Under the pieces are notes generated by a model that saw nothing but the letters and a program-made list of their open reading frames with translations, was not told the DNA's origin and did no database searches. A DNA stretch of 64,000 bases from an uncultured Actinomycetota bacterium (GTDB lineage Bacteria; Actinomycetota; Actinomycetes; JAHEKZ01): assembly GCA_963718235.1 (NCBI GenBank), contig CAVQYR010000001.1, forward strand, positions 1,696,001 through 1,760,000, in the 5' to 3' direction. Positions 29,791 to 42,235 of this stretch are shown piece after piece; within the stretch, counting starts at the first letter, position 1; the number at the start of each line of letters is the position of its first letter. Made by a program: the position numbers and the translations under genes.

Positions 29791-30306
29791 ATGGCGCTGT
29801 GCTCGGTCTGCGGACACGACACCCCAGACCCGGAGGCCCGCTTCTGCGCCGGCTGCGGACGACCGCTGTTCGCCGCCTCGGCCGAGGAGACCTCGGTGCT
29901 GTCCGTCGGCGGTCCCGTTGTCGACGACGTCGTGGCCGGGGGTGACGTCGACGACGCCGCCACCGACGTCGGGGTCGTCGAGCGACTGTCGCCCGGAACG
30001 GCGCTGCTCGTGGTCAAGCGGGGACCGTCCTCAGGGGCGCGGTTCCTGCTGGATGCCGACGTCACCTCGGCCGGGCGACACCCGGAGAGCGACATCTTCC
30101 TCGACGACATCACGGTCTCCCGGCGGCACGCGGAGTTCCGCCGCGACGAGGAGGGCTTTCGGGTGGTCGACGTGGGGAGCCTCAACGGCACGTACGTGAA
30201 CCGGGCCAGGGTCGACGACGTCCGGCTCATCAACGCCGACGAGGTGCAGATCGGCAAGTACCGGTTGGTCTTCCTGTCGGCCGTGGTCGGCGAGGACGCC
30301 GAGTGA
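29791..30306 (+). CDS. garA: GarA/OdhI-like FHA protein with N-terminal zinc ribbon
   Basis: CSVC...CAGC, ETSV phospho-site-like motif, GRHPESDIFLDDITVSRRHA and GSLNGTYVN. Confidence 0.88.
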   Translation: MALCSVCGHDTPDPEARFCAGCGRPLFAASAEETSVLSVGGPVVDDVVAGGDVDDAATDVGVVERLSPGTALLVVKRGPSSGARFLLDADVTSAGRHPESDIFLDDITVSRRHAEFRRDEEGFRVVDVGSLNGTYVNRARVDDVRLINADEVQIGKYRLVFLSAVVGEDAE

Positions 30307-31040
30307 GCGCCACCGCCCCGGTCCAGGCCTCGCTGAGCATCGGCGAGGTGTTGGCCCAGCTGCGCCAGGAGTTCCCCGACGTCACGATCTCCAAGATCCG
30401 CTTCCTGGAGTCCGAGGGACTGGTCGAGCCGGAGCGGACGCCGTCGGGGTACCGCAAGTTCAACGCGATGCACGTCCAGCGACTCCGCTATGTCCTGGCC
30501 GCCCAGCGCGACCAGTACCTGCCGCTGAAGGTGATCCGTGAGCACCTCGCCGCGATGGACCGCGGTCTGCAGCCGCCGGAGACCCCCGGGGGAGGGCCGC
30601 GGGTCCCGGTCACGCTGGTCCAGAGCGACGGTTTCCCGGGCGCCGACGCGTTCGTCAAGGACGCCGCGGGGCTGAGGCTGTCGCGCGACGAGCTGGCCGC
30701 CTCGGCCGACATCGGCAGCGACCTGCTGGCAGCGCTGGAGAGCTTCGGGCTGGTCTCGGCGACACCAGGAGGTCACTACGACGGCGACGCGCTGCAGATC
30801 GCGAAGGCGGCCGGTGAGCTGAGCGCGTTCGGCCTCGAGCCTCGCCATCTGCGGGCGTTCAAGGCCGCCGCGGACCGCGAGGTGGGGCTGATCGAGCAGG
30901 TGGTCACTCCGCTGCGGCGCCAGCGCGGCGCGGAGGCGGCCGGCCGGGCCCAGGAGACCGAGCGCGAGCTGGCCGCGTTGTCGGTGCGGTTGCACGCCTC
31001 GCTCGTGACGTCGATGCTCGGGCAGGACCAGCGGCGCTGA
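30303..31040 (+). CDS. ftsR: MerR-type regulator FtsR (Rv1828-like)
   Basis: SIGEVL-L-EFPDVTISKIRFLE-EGL-P-RTPSGYR and YLPLKVI; directly after garA. Confidence 0.85.
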   Translation: MSATAPVQASLSIGEVLAQLRQEFPDVTISKIRFLESEGLVEPERTPSGYRKFNAMHVQRLRYVLAAQRDQYLPLKVIREHLAAMDRGLQPPETPGGGPRVPVTLVQSDGFPGADAFVKDAAGLRLSRDELAASADIGSDLLAALESFGLVSATPGGHYDGDALQIAKAAGELSAFGLEPRHLRAFKAAADREVGLIEQVVTPLRRQRGAEAAGRAQETERELAALSVRLHASLVTSMLGQDQRR

Positions 31041-31048
31041 GCCGAGAC

Positions 31049-31090
31049 AACCGACCGAGCCTGAACCGACCGAGCCCGAACCGACCGAAG
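31049..31090 (+). repeat. 15-bp tandem repeat AACCGACCGAGCCYG (~3 copies)
   Basis: Units at 31049, 31064 and 31079 (partial). Confidence 0.8.
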
Positions 31091-31104
31091 GTAGGGTGAC
31101 GCAC

Positions 31105-31575
31105 GTGAACCAGCTCGACGTCGTCGGCGTCCGGGTCGAGATGCCGTCCAACCAGCCGATCGTCCTGCTGCGCGAGCACGAGGGCGAGCGTTACCTCCCG
31201 ATCTGGATCGGCGCCGTGGAGGCGACTGCGATCGCCTTCGCCCAGCAGGGCGTGGTCCCGGCCCGCCCCCTGACCCATGACCTCCTGCGTGACGTGATCG
31301 CGGCAGTCGGTCGCACCGTCAGCCAGATCCAGATCACCGAGCTGCGCGACGGGGTGTTCTACGCCGACCTGCACTTCGACGACGGGACGGTCGTCAGCGC
31401 GCGGCCCTCCGACGCGATCGCCCTCGCCCTGCGCACGGGAACGACCATCTTCGGGGCCGAGGAGGTGCTCGCCGAGGCGGGAATCCTGATCCCGGACGAG
31501 CAGGAGGACGAGGTCGAGAAGTTCCGTGAGTTCCTCGACCAGATCTCGCCAGAGGATTTCGACACCACAGGGTGA
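31105..31575 (+). CDS. Bifunctional nuclease family (DUF151) protein
   Basis: LPIWIG-EA-AI, RPLTHDL and ARPSDAIALA motifs; probably leaderless (TAGGGT at 31092). Confidence 0.92.
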   Translation: MNQLDVVGVRVEMPSNQPIVLLREHEGERYLPIWIGAVEATAIAFAQQGVVPARPLTHDLLRDVIAAVGRTVSQIQITELRDGVFYADLHFDDGTVVSARPSDAIALALRTGTTIFGAEEVLAEAGILIPDEQEDEVEKFREFLDQISPEDFDTTG

Positions 31576-31578
31576 ACC

Positions 31579-31598
31579 TCGAGGTGGAGTTGAGGGTC
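31579..31598 (-). promoter_or_regulatory. Candidate FtsR-like box upstream of second MerR gene
   Basis: Minus strand GACCCTCAACTCCACCTCGA, 15/20 identical to the box at 9933-9952. Confidence 0.5.
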
Positions 31599-31762
31599 AG
31601 AGTCGCCTCCGGCGTGTCGTGCCGAGCAGCGTTGACGACGTGCGGCGGCCTGCGTACCGTGCTCGACAGTCGTACCGACACCGCGGTACTTCCAGCCGTG
31701 TACTTCCTGCGGGACGGACCGGTCGACGCGAAGGCAGACGGCACGGAACCAGGGAGGCCCGC

Positions 31763-32386
31763 GTGACCAAGCCAGGCGAGAGCAGCGGAACGGCGACGAC
31801 CCCTGACCCGGCTGCTGCGGCGGCCGCGGTCGTGGGTGCCCAAGGTCTGCTGTTCGACGACCCGGTCTCCGCACTCCCCGCTGACTTCGGCTACCGGGGG
31901 CCCACCGCGTGCGCAGCCGCCGGCATCACCTACCGCCAGCTGGACTACTGGGCCCGCACCGGTCTGGTCGAGCCCGGGATCCGGCCGGCGTCCGGCTCGG
32001 GCACGCAGCGGCTGTACAGCTTTCGCGACATCCTCGTGCTCAAGATCGTGAAGCGACTGCTGGACACCGGGGTGTCCCTGCAGCAGATCCGCACCGCCGT
32101 GCAGCACCTGCGCGACCGCGGGGTCGACGACTTGGCCCAGATCACCCTGATGAGCGACGGCGCCTCGGTCTACGAGTGCACGTCCGCCGACGAGGTCATC
32201 GACCTCGTGCAGGGTGGGCAGGGCGTATTCGGGATCGCGGTCGGTCGGGTGTGGCGCGAGGTCGAAGGCAGTCTCGCCGAGCTGCCCGGGGAGCGGACCG
32301 GTGCCGATCTGGTCGCTCCCGCCGACACGGAGCCTCATCCCAGCGACGAGCTGGCCGCCCGACGGGTTGCTCGTCAGATCGGGTGA
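31763..32386 (+). CDS. MerR-family regulator (Rv1830-like)
   Basis: GYRGPTAC-AAGITYRQLDYWART...GSGTQRLYSFRDIL and DELAARR tail. Confidence 0.9.
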   Translation: MTKPGESSGTATTPDPAAAAAAVVGAQGLLFDDPVSALPADFGYRGPTACAAAGITYRQLDYWARTGLVEPGIRPASGSGTQRLYSFRDILVLKIVKRLLDTGVSLQQIRTAVQHLRDRGVDDLAQITLMSDGASVYECTSADEVIDLVQGGQGVFGIAVGRVWREVEGSLAELPGERTGADLVAPADTEPHPSDELAARRVARQIG

Positions 32387-32461
32387 CCCAGCCTGTCGTA
32401 CCCCGCCTGTCGAATGGAGGGCGTGCCCCCACCCGGCTACCATGAGCGAGCCATCGACCCC

Positions 32462-32541
32462 GTGCGGGAGAGTCCTTCACCGCCAGTGAAGGCGCCGAAG
32501 GAGCAATCCTCCCCGGAAACTCTCAGGCGAACGAACCGCAC
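32462..32541 (+). ncRNA. Glycine riboswitch aptamer 1
   Basis: GGGAGAG...CGCCGAAGGAGCAA...AAACTCTCAGGC with closing stem GTGCGG/CCGCAC; upstream of gcvP. Confidence 0.92.
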
Positions 32542-32546
32542 AGGCG

Positions 32547-32655
32547 AGGCGCCTCTGGAAAGCGGGCTCCGGCCCCACCGACGGTGCAAGCGTCTGCACC
32601 GCTGCCCTGACCCGGCAGCTGACGCGAACCTCTCAGGTACCGATGACAGAGGGGG
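32547..32655 (+). ncRNA. Glycine riboswitch aptamer 2
   Basis: CTCTGGAAAG...CACCGACGGTGCAA...CTCTCAGG...GACAGAGG. Confidence 0.9.
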
Positions 32656-32690
32656 AGGCCCAGTCCGCGTCTTCGCAGGAGGCCCTCCCG

Positions 32691-35640
<2,950 letters not shown>

Positions 35641-35647
35641 AGCAGCC

Positions 35648-36211
35648 ATGGAGCTGCTCACCGAACACCTCGTGCTCCGTAAGCCGAGCGAGGCGGATGC
35701 CGAGGACGCGTTGGCGATGTTGCAGGACGAGGAGACCCTGCTGTGGAACCCGGCACCACTGGTCGTCGACCTGCAGTCCGCGCGGGCGTGGTGCGCCTCT
35801 GGGGCCGACTGGGGCGACGGCACCCACGCGACGTGGCACGCCCTGGACCGGACGTCGGGCAGGTTCGTCGCCAACTGCTCGGTCTTCGCCATCGACCGGG
35901 AGCCGGCGACGGCCAAGATCGGCTACCGAGTCGCCCCGTGGGGACGCCGTCGAGGAGTGGGCCGGGCAATGGTCGACGTGGTGACTCGGTGGGCCTTCGC
36001 CGAGCTTGGGCTGGCCCGCATGCAGATCGAGCACGCGGTCGCCAACGTGGCCTCCTGCCGGGTCGCTGCGGGGGCGGGCTTTCCTTGGGAGGGCACGCTG
36101 CGTTCGGCGTCCGTCGACGGCCGAGGTGAGCGCCACGACGACCATGTCCACGGGCGGCTGGTGACGGACACTGGGGGGGCGCTCGACCCCGAGGACTGCG
36201 CCTCGCTGTAG
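35648..36211 (+). CDS. GNAT (RimJ/RimL-like) acetyltransferase
   Basis: [15 protein letters not shown] and [14 protein letters not shown] motifs. Confidence 0.85.
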   Translation: MELLTEHLVLRKPSEADAEDALAMLQDEETLLWNPAPLVVDLQSARAWCASGADWGDGTHATWHALDRTSGRFVANCSVFAIDREPATAKIGYRVAPWGRRRGVGRAMVDVVTRWAFAELGLARMQIEHAVANVASCRVAAGAGFPWEGTLRSASVDGRGERHDDHVHGRLVTDTGGALDPEDCASL

Positions 36212-36369
36212 TCGTGCCCCCCAAGCAAGCCCACCCCTGAGGCAGGAGGGGCTGCTGGGGCGACCAAGCGGTGAACGTCGGTCACGATCCGGACGAACGC
36301 GCCGCTGGACGGCCGCGCGGATGGTTCACTTCGGACCGTCGCAGCACTCGGCGCCTGAAGGGGGACACC

Positions 36370-37620
36370 ATGGCCAGAACGATCAGCAGCCCGCGGAGGA
36401 GTGGGGCTCGAGTGGGACGCCCACGCCGGAGCCTGGTCGGGCTGGCGGCGGCGTTGGTGGCGGTCACTTCGCTGTCCCTGGCTGTCGCGCCAGCAAGTGC
36501 GAACGGGCTGGCGGGGATCGGTCTGGACCGTGGCACCTGGACGGAGGTGAACCCGGCGGCGCCGTGGGCGGCGCGCGCGGGTCTGCAGGCGGTTTCGCTG
36601 AGGGGCTCGTTCTACGTCATGGGCGGACGGACCCCGCTGGACCCGGCCGTCGTGCCGTTCCCCGGTGCCAGCCAGGTCTGGAACGACGTGTGGCGCAGCG
36701 ATGACCGGGGCCGGTCCTGGGTGCCGGTGACGATGCAGGCACCGTGGCCGGCACGTGCCTACTTCCAGTCCGTCACCAAGGGCGGCGCCATGTACGTGCT
36801 GGGCGGGCAGAACTACCGCTTCACCGGATGCCCGCCGGGAGCACCCACCTGCTCGGATTTCTTCTCCGACGTGTGGCGCTCGACGGACGGCGCGCATTGG
36901 GCGCAGCTGACCTCCGACGCTGGGTGGACGGGCCGCGCAGGGCTGTCGGCCGTCGTGCACGACCACGCGATCTACGTCCTGGGCGGGTCACGCAACGACG
37001 ACTCGGCCGTGATCGGCGGCCCCCCGCAGCGGGAGTACTTCAACGACGTCTGGCGCTCCTACGACGGCGTCCACTGGAAGCGGATGACTGCGGCTGCGCC
37101 CTGGGAGGCCCGGGCCGGGGCCGTCGTGGTGAGCCGCGGGGAGTGGATGTACCTGCTCGGCGGCGAGAAGGGGTTCACCTGCGACTCGGTCCCGGGGCAG
37201 CAAAGCGACCCCGGTGGGTGCGTGCCGCCGTACTTCAACGACGTGTGGCGGAGCAAGGACGGCGCCCGTTGGGAGCAGGTCACGCCCGCGGCCGGCTGGA
37301 GCCCGCGTCCCGGCCACCAGTGCGTGGTGATGCTCGGGCAGTTCTTGTGCTTCGGTGGCTTCGGGCTGCAGGGCAACCCGGTCGACATGTGGGCGAGCTG
37401 GAACGGCCGCGACTGGCGCAAGCTGAGGGCGACACCCTGGAACGCCACGACCTCGGAGGAGATCAGGTACGACTTCGACGCGCTCGTGGTCCGGGGCCCA
37501 CTCAGTCTGCTGCCTCGGCTGTTCACCTTCGGCGGCGACCGGGAGACGTTCGACTTCACCGACCCGACGAACTACCTGCGCGTGGACAACGACGTCTGGC
37601 GGTTCACGCCGGGTCTCTGA
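36370..37620 (+). CDS. Secreted Kelch-like beta-propeller protein
   Basis: Signal peptide; repeats W-ARAG...MYVLGG...NDVWRS-DG--W. Confidence 0.8.
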   Translation: MARTISSPRRSGARVGRPRRSLVGLAAALVAVTSLSLAVAPASANGLAGIGLDRGTWTEVNPAAPWAARAGLQAVSLRGSFYVMGGRTPLDPAVVPFPGASQVWNDVWRSDDRGRSWVPVTMQAPWPARAYFQSVTKGGAMYVLGGQNYRFTGCPPGAPTCSDFFSDVWRSTDGAHWAQLTSDAGWTGRAGLSAVVHDHAIYVLGGSRNDDSAVIGGPPQREYFNDVWRSYDGVHWKRMTAAAPWEARAGAVVVSRGEWMYLLGGEKGFTCDSVPGQQSDPGGCVPPYFNDVWRSKDGARWEQVTPAAGWSPRPGHQCVVMLGQFLCFGGFGLQGNPVDMWASWNGRDWRKLRATPWNATTSEEIRYDFDALVVRGPLSLLPRLFTFGGDRETFDFTDPTNYLRVDNDVWRFTPGL

Positions 37621-37722
37621 CCTGCCCGGCGCCACCCGGGACCAGCTGCCGCGCGCCGAGCGGGCGGCAAGCGGTCGTGCTCGGCCGCTGCGCCCCGGCT
37701 TGAGCCGTGCAACGATGCCCAG

Positions 37723-38790
37723 GTGTCTCGCATTGCCTCCGTCGCCACCGCGATGGCCCCCCATCGCTACCCGCAGGCGCAGATCACGGCGGCGTTCGGT
37801 GACCTGGTCACCCCTGACCCGAAGGACCGTGCTCTGCTGGAGCGGCTGCACGCGGCAACGGGGGTCCACCAGCGGTACCTGACCCTCGAGCTCGAGGAGT
37901 ACCCCCAGCTGGACGGGTTCACCGGAGCCAACGCGACGTTCGTCGACGCAGCGGTGCAGCTGGGCGGGCAGGCAGTCGTCGAGGCACTCTCTCGTGCCGG
38001 GGTCGAGCCGGGCGACGTCGACCTGGTGGTGAGCACAACGGTCACCGGCGTAGCCGCACCGACCGTGGACGCCCGGCTCGTCGACCGGCTCGGACTGCGC
38101 CACGACGTCAAGCGAGTGCCCCTGTTCGGGCTGGGGTGCGTCGCCGGCGCGTCGGGGATCGCCCGGGTCCACGACTACCTGGTCGGGCACCCTGATGACG
38201 TCGCGGTCCTGCTGTCGGTGGAGCTTTGCTCGCTCACCGTCCAGCGTGACGACGCCTCGGTGGCCAACCTGGTGGCCAGCGGTCTGTTTGGGGACGGCGC
38301 GGGCGCGGTGGTGATGGTGGGCGCCCGCCGAGCGCAACGGCTGGGGCTGAGTGGGGTGCCCACCGTCGAGGCCTCGCGGTCACGGTTCTTCCCGGACACC
38401 GAGCACGTCATGGGCTGGGACATCGGTGGCTCCGGGTTCAAGGTCGTGCTGGCGCCCACCGTGGCCGAGCTGGTCCAGGCCCACGTCGGCGAGGACGTCA
38501 AGGCCTTCCTGGTCGACCACGACCTCGACCTGCCGAACGTCGCGCACTGGATCTCCCATCCCGGAGGGCCGAAGGTGCTGGAGTCGCTGCAGCGGACGCT
38601 CGGGGTCGATGACGACGCGCTCGCCGTCACGTGGGCCTCGCTGCGTGAGGTGGGCAACCTGTCGTCGGCCTCGGTGCTGCACGTTCTGGAGCAGACGATG
38701 CGCCAGCATCCAGGCGGCACGGGTGAGGCAGCGGTGATGCTTGCGATGGGGCCGGGTTTCTGTGCCGAGTTCGTCCTGCTGCGGTGGTGA
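37723..38790 (+). CDS. Type III polyketide synthase (SrsA-like alkylresorcinol synthase)
   Basis: Cys-His-Asn triad in GLGCVAG, HPGGPK and GNLSSAS; MGPGF motif. Confidence 0.93.
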   Translation: MSRIASVATAMAPHRYPQAQITAAFGDLVTPDPKDRALLERLHAATGVHQRYLTLELEEYPQLDGFTGANATFVDAAVQLGGQAVVEALSRAGVEPGDVDLVVSTTVTGVAAPTVDARLVDRLGLRHDVKRVPLFGLGCVAGASGIARVHDYLVGHPDDVAVLLSVELCSLTVQRDDASVANLVASGLFGDGAGAVVMVGARRAQRLGLSGVPTVEASRSRFFPDTEHVMGWDIGGSGFKVVLAPTVAELVQAHVGEDVKAFLVDHDLDLPNVAHWISHPGGPKVLESLQRTLGVDDDALAVTWASLREVGNLSSASVLHVLEQTMRQHPGGTGEAAVMLAMGPGFCAEFVLLRW

Positions 38791-38793
38791 CAG

Positions 38794-39309
38794 GTGTCCT
38801 CGACCTATTGGTTCACCGTGCTGGTGCTGGCCGTCGGGGTCGAGCGGCTCATCGAGCTCGTGGTGGCGCGCCGCAACCTGCGTTGGGCGGTGGCGCACGG
38901 GGGGCGTGAGTACGGTCACGAGCACTTCCGCTGGATGGTCCTGCTGCACGTGGGTCTGCTCGTCGGCTCGCTGCTCGAGGTGTGGCTCCTGCAGCCGCCG
39001 TGGATCCCCTGGCTGGGCTGGCCGATGCTCGGGCTGGTCGTCCTGGCCCAGGCACTGCGCTGGTGGTGCATCGCAACGCTGGGCCGGCAGTGGAACACCC
39101 GGGTGGTCGTCGTCCCCGGCCTACCACTCGTCCATCGCGGCCCCTACCGGTGGCTGCGCCACCCGAACTACGTCGCCGTCGTCGTCGAAGGGTTCGCGCT
39201 GCCCCTCGTGCACACGGCATGGATCACGGCATCGGTGTTCAGCGTGCTGAACGCAGCGTTGCTGCGCACCAGGATTCGGATCGAGAACGCCGCCTTGGTA
39301 TCGACGTGA
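38794..39309 (+). CDS. Isoprenylcysteine carboxyl methyltransferase family (SrsB-like)
   Basis: GPYRWLRHPNY and RIRIEN motifs; follows the type III PKS. Confidence 0.9.
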   Translation: MSSTYWFTVLVLAVGVERLIELVVARRNLRWAVAHGGREYGHEHFRWMVLLHVGLLVGSLLEVWLLQPPWIPWLGWPMLGLVVLAQALRWWCIATLGRQWNTRVVVVPGLPLVHRGPYRWLRHPNYVAVVVEGFALPLVHTAWITASVFSVLNAALLRTRIRIENAALVST

Positions 39310-40357
39310 ACGGTCGCATCGACGTTGCCGTGGTGGGCGGCGGTCCGATCGGTCTGGCCACTGCCCTGCATGCACGGGCGGCCGGTCTCGACGTCGTCGT
39401 CGTCGAACCCCGGTCGGCCCCGATCGACAAGGCGTGCGGCGAGGGGCTGATGCCGTCGGCACTGCGACGGCTCGGTGCGCTCGGTGTCGACCCTCCGGGG
39501 CGGCCGATCCTCGGTATCCGCTACCTCGACGCCGTGGGACGCCGGCAGGCCGCCGCGCGGTTCACCGGCGATCCCGGACGTGGTGTGTGCCGCACGACGC
39601 TGCACTCGGCGCTGGTCGACCGGGCGAAGGAGAGTGATGTCACGACGATGACCGGTCGTGTGGTGGACCTGTCGCAGGACGCGTCCGGCGCGTCGGTCAC
39701 TCTGGCCACGGGCGAGCAGGTCCGGGCCCGGTACGTCGTCGGTGCGGACGGTCTGCACTCGCGCGTGCGCCGAGCGGTCGGGCTCGAGCCGGTCCGGGCC
39801 CGACGACCACGCTTCGGGCAACGCCGACATTTCGGGGTCGAACCGTGGAGCGACCTGGTCGAGGTGCACTGGGCCGAGCACGTCGAGGCCTACGTGACGC
39901 CGGTGTCCGACCACGCGGTCGGCGTGGCGCTGCTCACCTCGCTGCGCGGATCCGGCTGGGACGACTTGGTCGACCGGTTCCCCTTGCTGGGGCAGCGCCT
40001 CGCCGGGGCCGCGCCGCTGGACACCTGCTCTCGGGGCCGGACCGTTGCGGCAGAACGTGGCGGCCCGGGTCAGGGGACGGGTGCTGCTCGTCGGTGACGC
40101 CGCCGGGTACGTGGACGCGCTGACGGGGGAGGGGCTGGCGGTCGGGCTGGCCTCGGCAGAGGCTGCAGTGGCCGCCATCGCCAGTGGGCACGTCGAGTCC
40201 TACGAGCGGCGATGGCGTCAGGAGTCGCGCACGTCGCGCTGGCTCACCCAAGGGGCACTGTTCGCCGCACAGCACCAGGCACTGCGGCGCGCGCGTGGTG
40301 CCTGCGTGCAGCGGCTGGCCGAGTGGGTTCACGCGGGTGGTCAACGCGCTGGCCTGA
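39306..40357 (+). CDS. FAD-dependent monooxygenase (SrsC-like), frameshifted near 40027 and 40290-40320
   Basis: GGGPIG, DKACGEGLMP, GADGLHS, then LLVGDAAGYVDALTGEG in the next frame; ends VVNALA*. Confidence 0.8.
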
Positions 40358-40361
40358 TCGA

Positions 40362-40860
40362 TCAGGTGCGGCCCTCGGTCTCCTGGGCGTCGAAGAGCGT
40401 CTGCTGCTGGAGCCCGTCCTCGTGCATCCACTCCGCGTGGACGATGGTGAAGCCGGCGGCGCGAACCGCCTCGACGACCCGAGCGTCGTCGTCGACCATC
40501 GTCGCGACCGGACGGTCGAGCTGCAGCCGGCGCAGGGCCTCGACCTTGGTCACCCGGGCCGGACGGCGGTCGGCGTCGCCTCGCATGAGGAGCCGCCCGG
40601 CTGGGAGTCCCTGCTTCGTCGAGCCAGGTGAGCGTGTCCTGGCGGCAGCGCTCCGGCCGGCCGGTCAGGTAGACGACCTCGTGGTCGGCGGCCAGGCGGC
40701 GGGCGAGGTCTCGGCCCTGGTCGAGCGCTGGGTCGTCGGGGGCGGCGGAGAAGAAGGCCGTCCAGTCCTTCGGGCGGCTCTGCAGGTGGTGCAGCCGATG
40801 GCGTACGTCGGCGAGCACGCCGTCGATGTCCAGGACGGCGTAGGGGAGGGCCGAGGTCAC
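40362..40860 (-). CDS. HAD-superfamily (polynucleotide kinase phosphatase-like) protein, frameshift near 40610
   Basis: DIDGVLAD and YLTGRPE, then LMR-D-RPA-K and VDDD in a shifted frame. Confidence 0.75.
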
Positions 40861-40900
40861 GTGGGCACGCTACCGGTCGCATCGACTGGCTGAGGCCGGG

Positions 40901-41461
40901 TCAGGGGTCCGACGGGCCGTCCGAGCGCACGATCGCGAGGACGACCTCGTCGTACAGCTCACCTGTGTCGTCGCGGTCGTAGTGGCGAAGCACGCCCTCA
41001 CTCTGCATGCCGAGCCGCTCGGCGAACCTGATCGCCCGGACGTTGCGGCTGTCGCACATCGCCTCGACCCGTCGTGCGCCAAGGTCCCACGCGATCTCGA
41101 GCATGGCCATGGCGGCTTCGTGCACCAGACCGCGGCCGGTCATCCGCGAGTCGGCGAGGTAGCCAAGCTCGCAGCGAGGCGCACCGTCGTCCCAGCTGTG
41201 CAGGTCGAGCCGGGCGACGTAGCGGCCGGTGGAGCGCTCGAAGGCGTGCCGGACGACGTCCTGCTCGGCCAGCTCGATCGACCGGACCAGGCTGGCCCGG
41301 GCCAGACCGACGTCGACGGCCTCGCGCCAGCGGGACACGAAGCGAAGGTCGTCCGACGACGCACGCATCGCGTCGGCGAACGCCTCGGCGAACTCCGGCC
41401 GGGACACCTCGAGCCGCACGAGCGGCGTCAGCACGACCCCCGGGGCCTCCGACAGGTTCAC
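40901..41461 (-). CDS. GNAT (RimJ/RimL-like) acetyltransferase
   Basis: ELGY...TGRGLVHEA and N-RAIRFAERLGM-EGVLR motifs. Confidence 0.85.
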   Translation of the reverse strand: MNLSEAPGVVLTPLVRLEVSRPEFAEAFADAMRASSDDLRFVSRWREAVDVGLARASLVRSIELAEQDVVRHAFERSTGRYVARLDLHSWDDGAPRCELGYLADSRMTGRGLVHEAAMAMLEIAWDLGARRVEAMCDSRNVRAIRFAERLGMQSEGVLRHYDRDDTGELYDEVVLAIVRSDGPSDP

Positions 41462-42117
41462 AGCCCGAGCCGTTCGGCCTGGCTGCGGACCACCTCGTCG
41501 AACAGCCCGTCGTCACCGCTGAGCGGGCCGAGCTGCCCGGACAGCTCGAACATGACGTGGCCATGGACGGCATCCCAGGCGGTCATGCCCGCGGCCAGTG
41601 CGTCGGGGGAGACGTCGACCTGGAGGATCTCGACGAGCTGGGCCAGCTGGGACCGCGTGGTCCGCGGCAGTCGGCGCCTCGGGATGTCGGCGTCGACCAG
41701 CAGCGTGGTCAGCAGCCGAGGAATCCTGGTACCGGCGGCGACCGTCGGGTCCTCCGGCGCCACATAGCCCGGGACCGGCGTCCCGAGGATGAGCATGAAA
41801 CGACTCGGGTTCTCCTGCGCCCAGGTGCGATAGGCCCGAGCGGCTGCCGTCCAGGCAGCACGCGGGCCCCGCACTCGTGGGCCGGTCATCGCTTCTTGTA
41901 CGCAGTCCGCACAGTCGTCGTAGGCCTCGGTGATCAAGGCGGTGAGCAGGTCGTCACGGCTGGGGTAGTAGCGGTACAGGGCCGAGACGGCGAGGTCGAG
42001 GTCGCGGGCCACAGCTCTGAGGGACAGCTGCGCTGCTCCGTCGGAGGCCACGTGCTGCCGGGCGACCTCGAGGATGGCGGCCGTCGTCTCCGCGCGTCGC
42101 TGGTCCCGTACTCCCAT
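41458..42117 (-). CDS. TetR/AcrR regulator (WHG-type C-terminus)
   Basis: LSLRAVARDL-LAVSALYRYY HTH; WDAVHGHV motif. Confidence 0.9.
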   Translation of the reverse strand: MGVRDQRRAETTAAILEVARQHVASDGAAQLSLRAVARDLDLAVSALYRYYPSRDDLLTALITEAYDDCADCVQEAMTGPRVRGPRAAWTAAARAYRTWAQENPSRFMLILGTPVPGYVAPEDPTVAAGTRIPRLLTTLLVDADIPRRRLPRTTRSQLAQLVEILQVDVSPDALAAGMTAWDAVHGHVMFELSGQLGPLSGDDGLFDEVVRSQAERLGL

Positions 42118-42139
42118 GCATTCCACTCTCCCACCATGA

Positions 42140-42205
42140 GAGAGCGATGTCCACGACGAGAACAGTGCTCTTGACAATGGCGAGATAAACGAGAACACTG
42201 TTCAC
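42140..42205. promoter_or_regulatory. Divergent promoter with three TetR-operator-like imperfect palindromes
   Basis: GAGAGCGATGTCCAC (42140), GAGAACAGTGCTCTT (42158) and GAGAACACTGTTCAC (42191); TTGACA at 42171. Confidence 0.65.
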
Positions 42206-42235
42206 TACAGAACACCAACCAGGGAGGCGAGTCAG

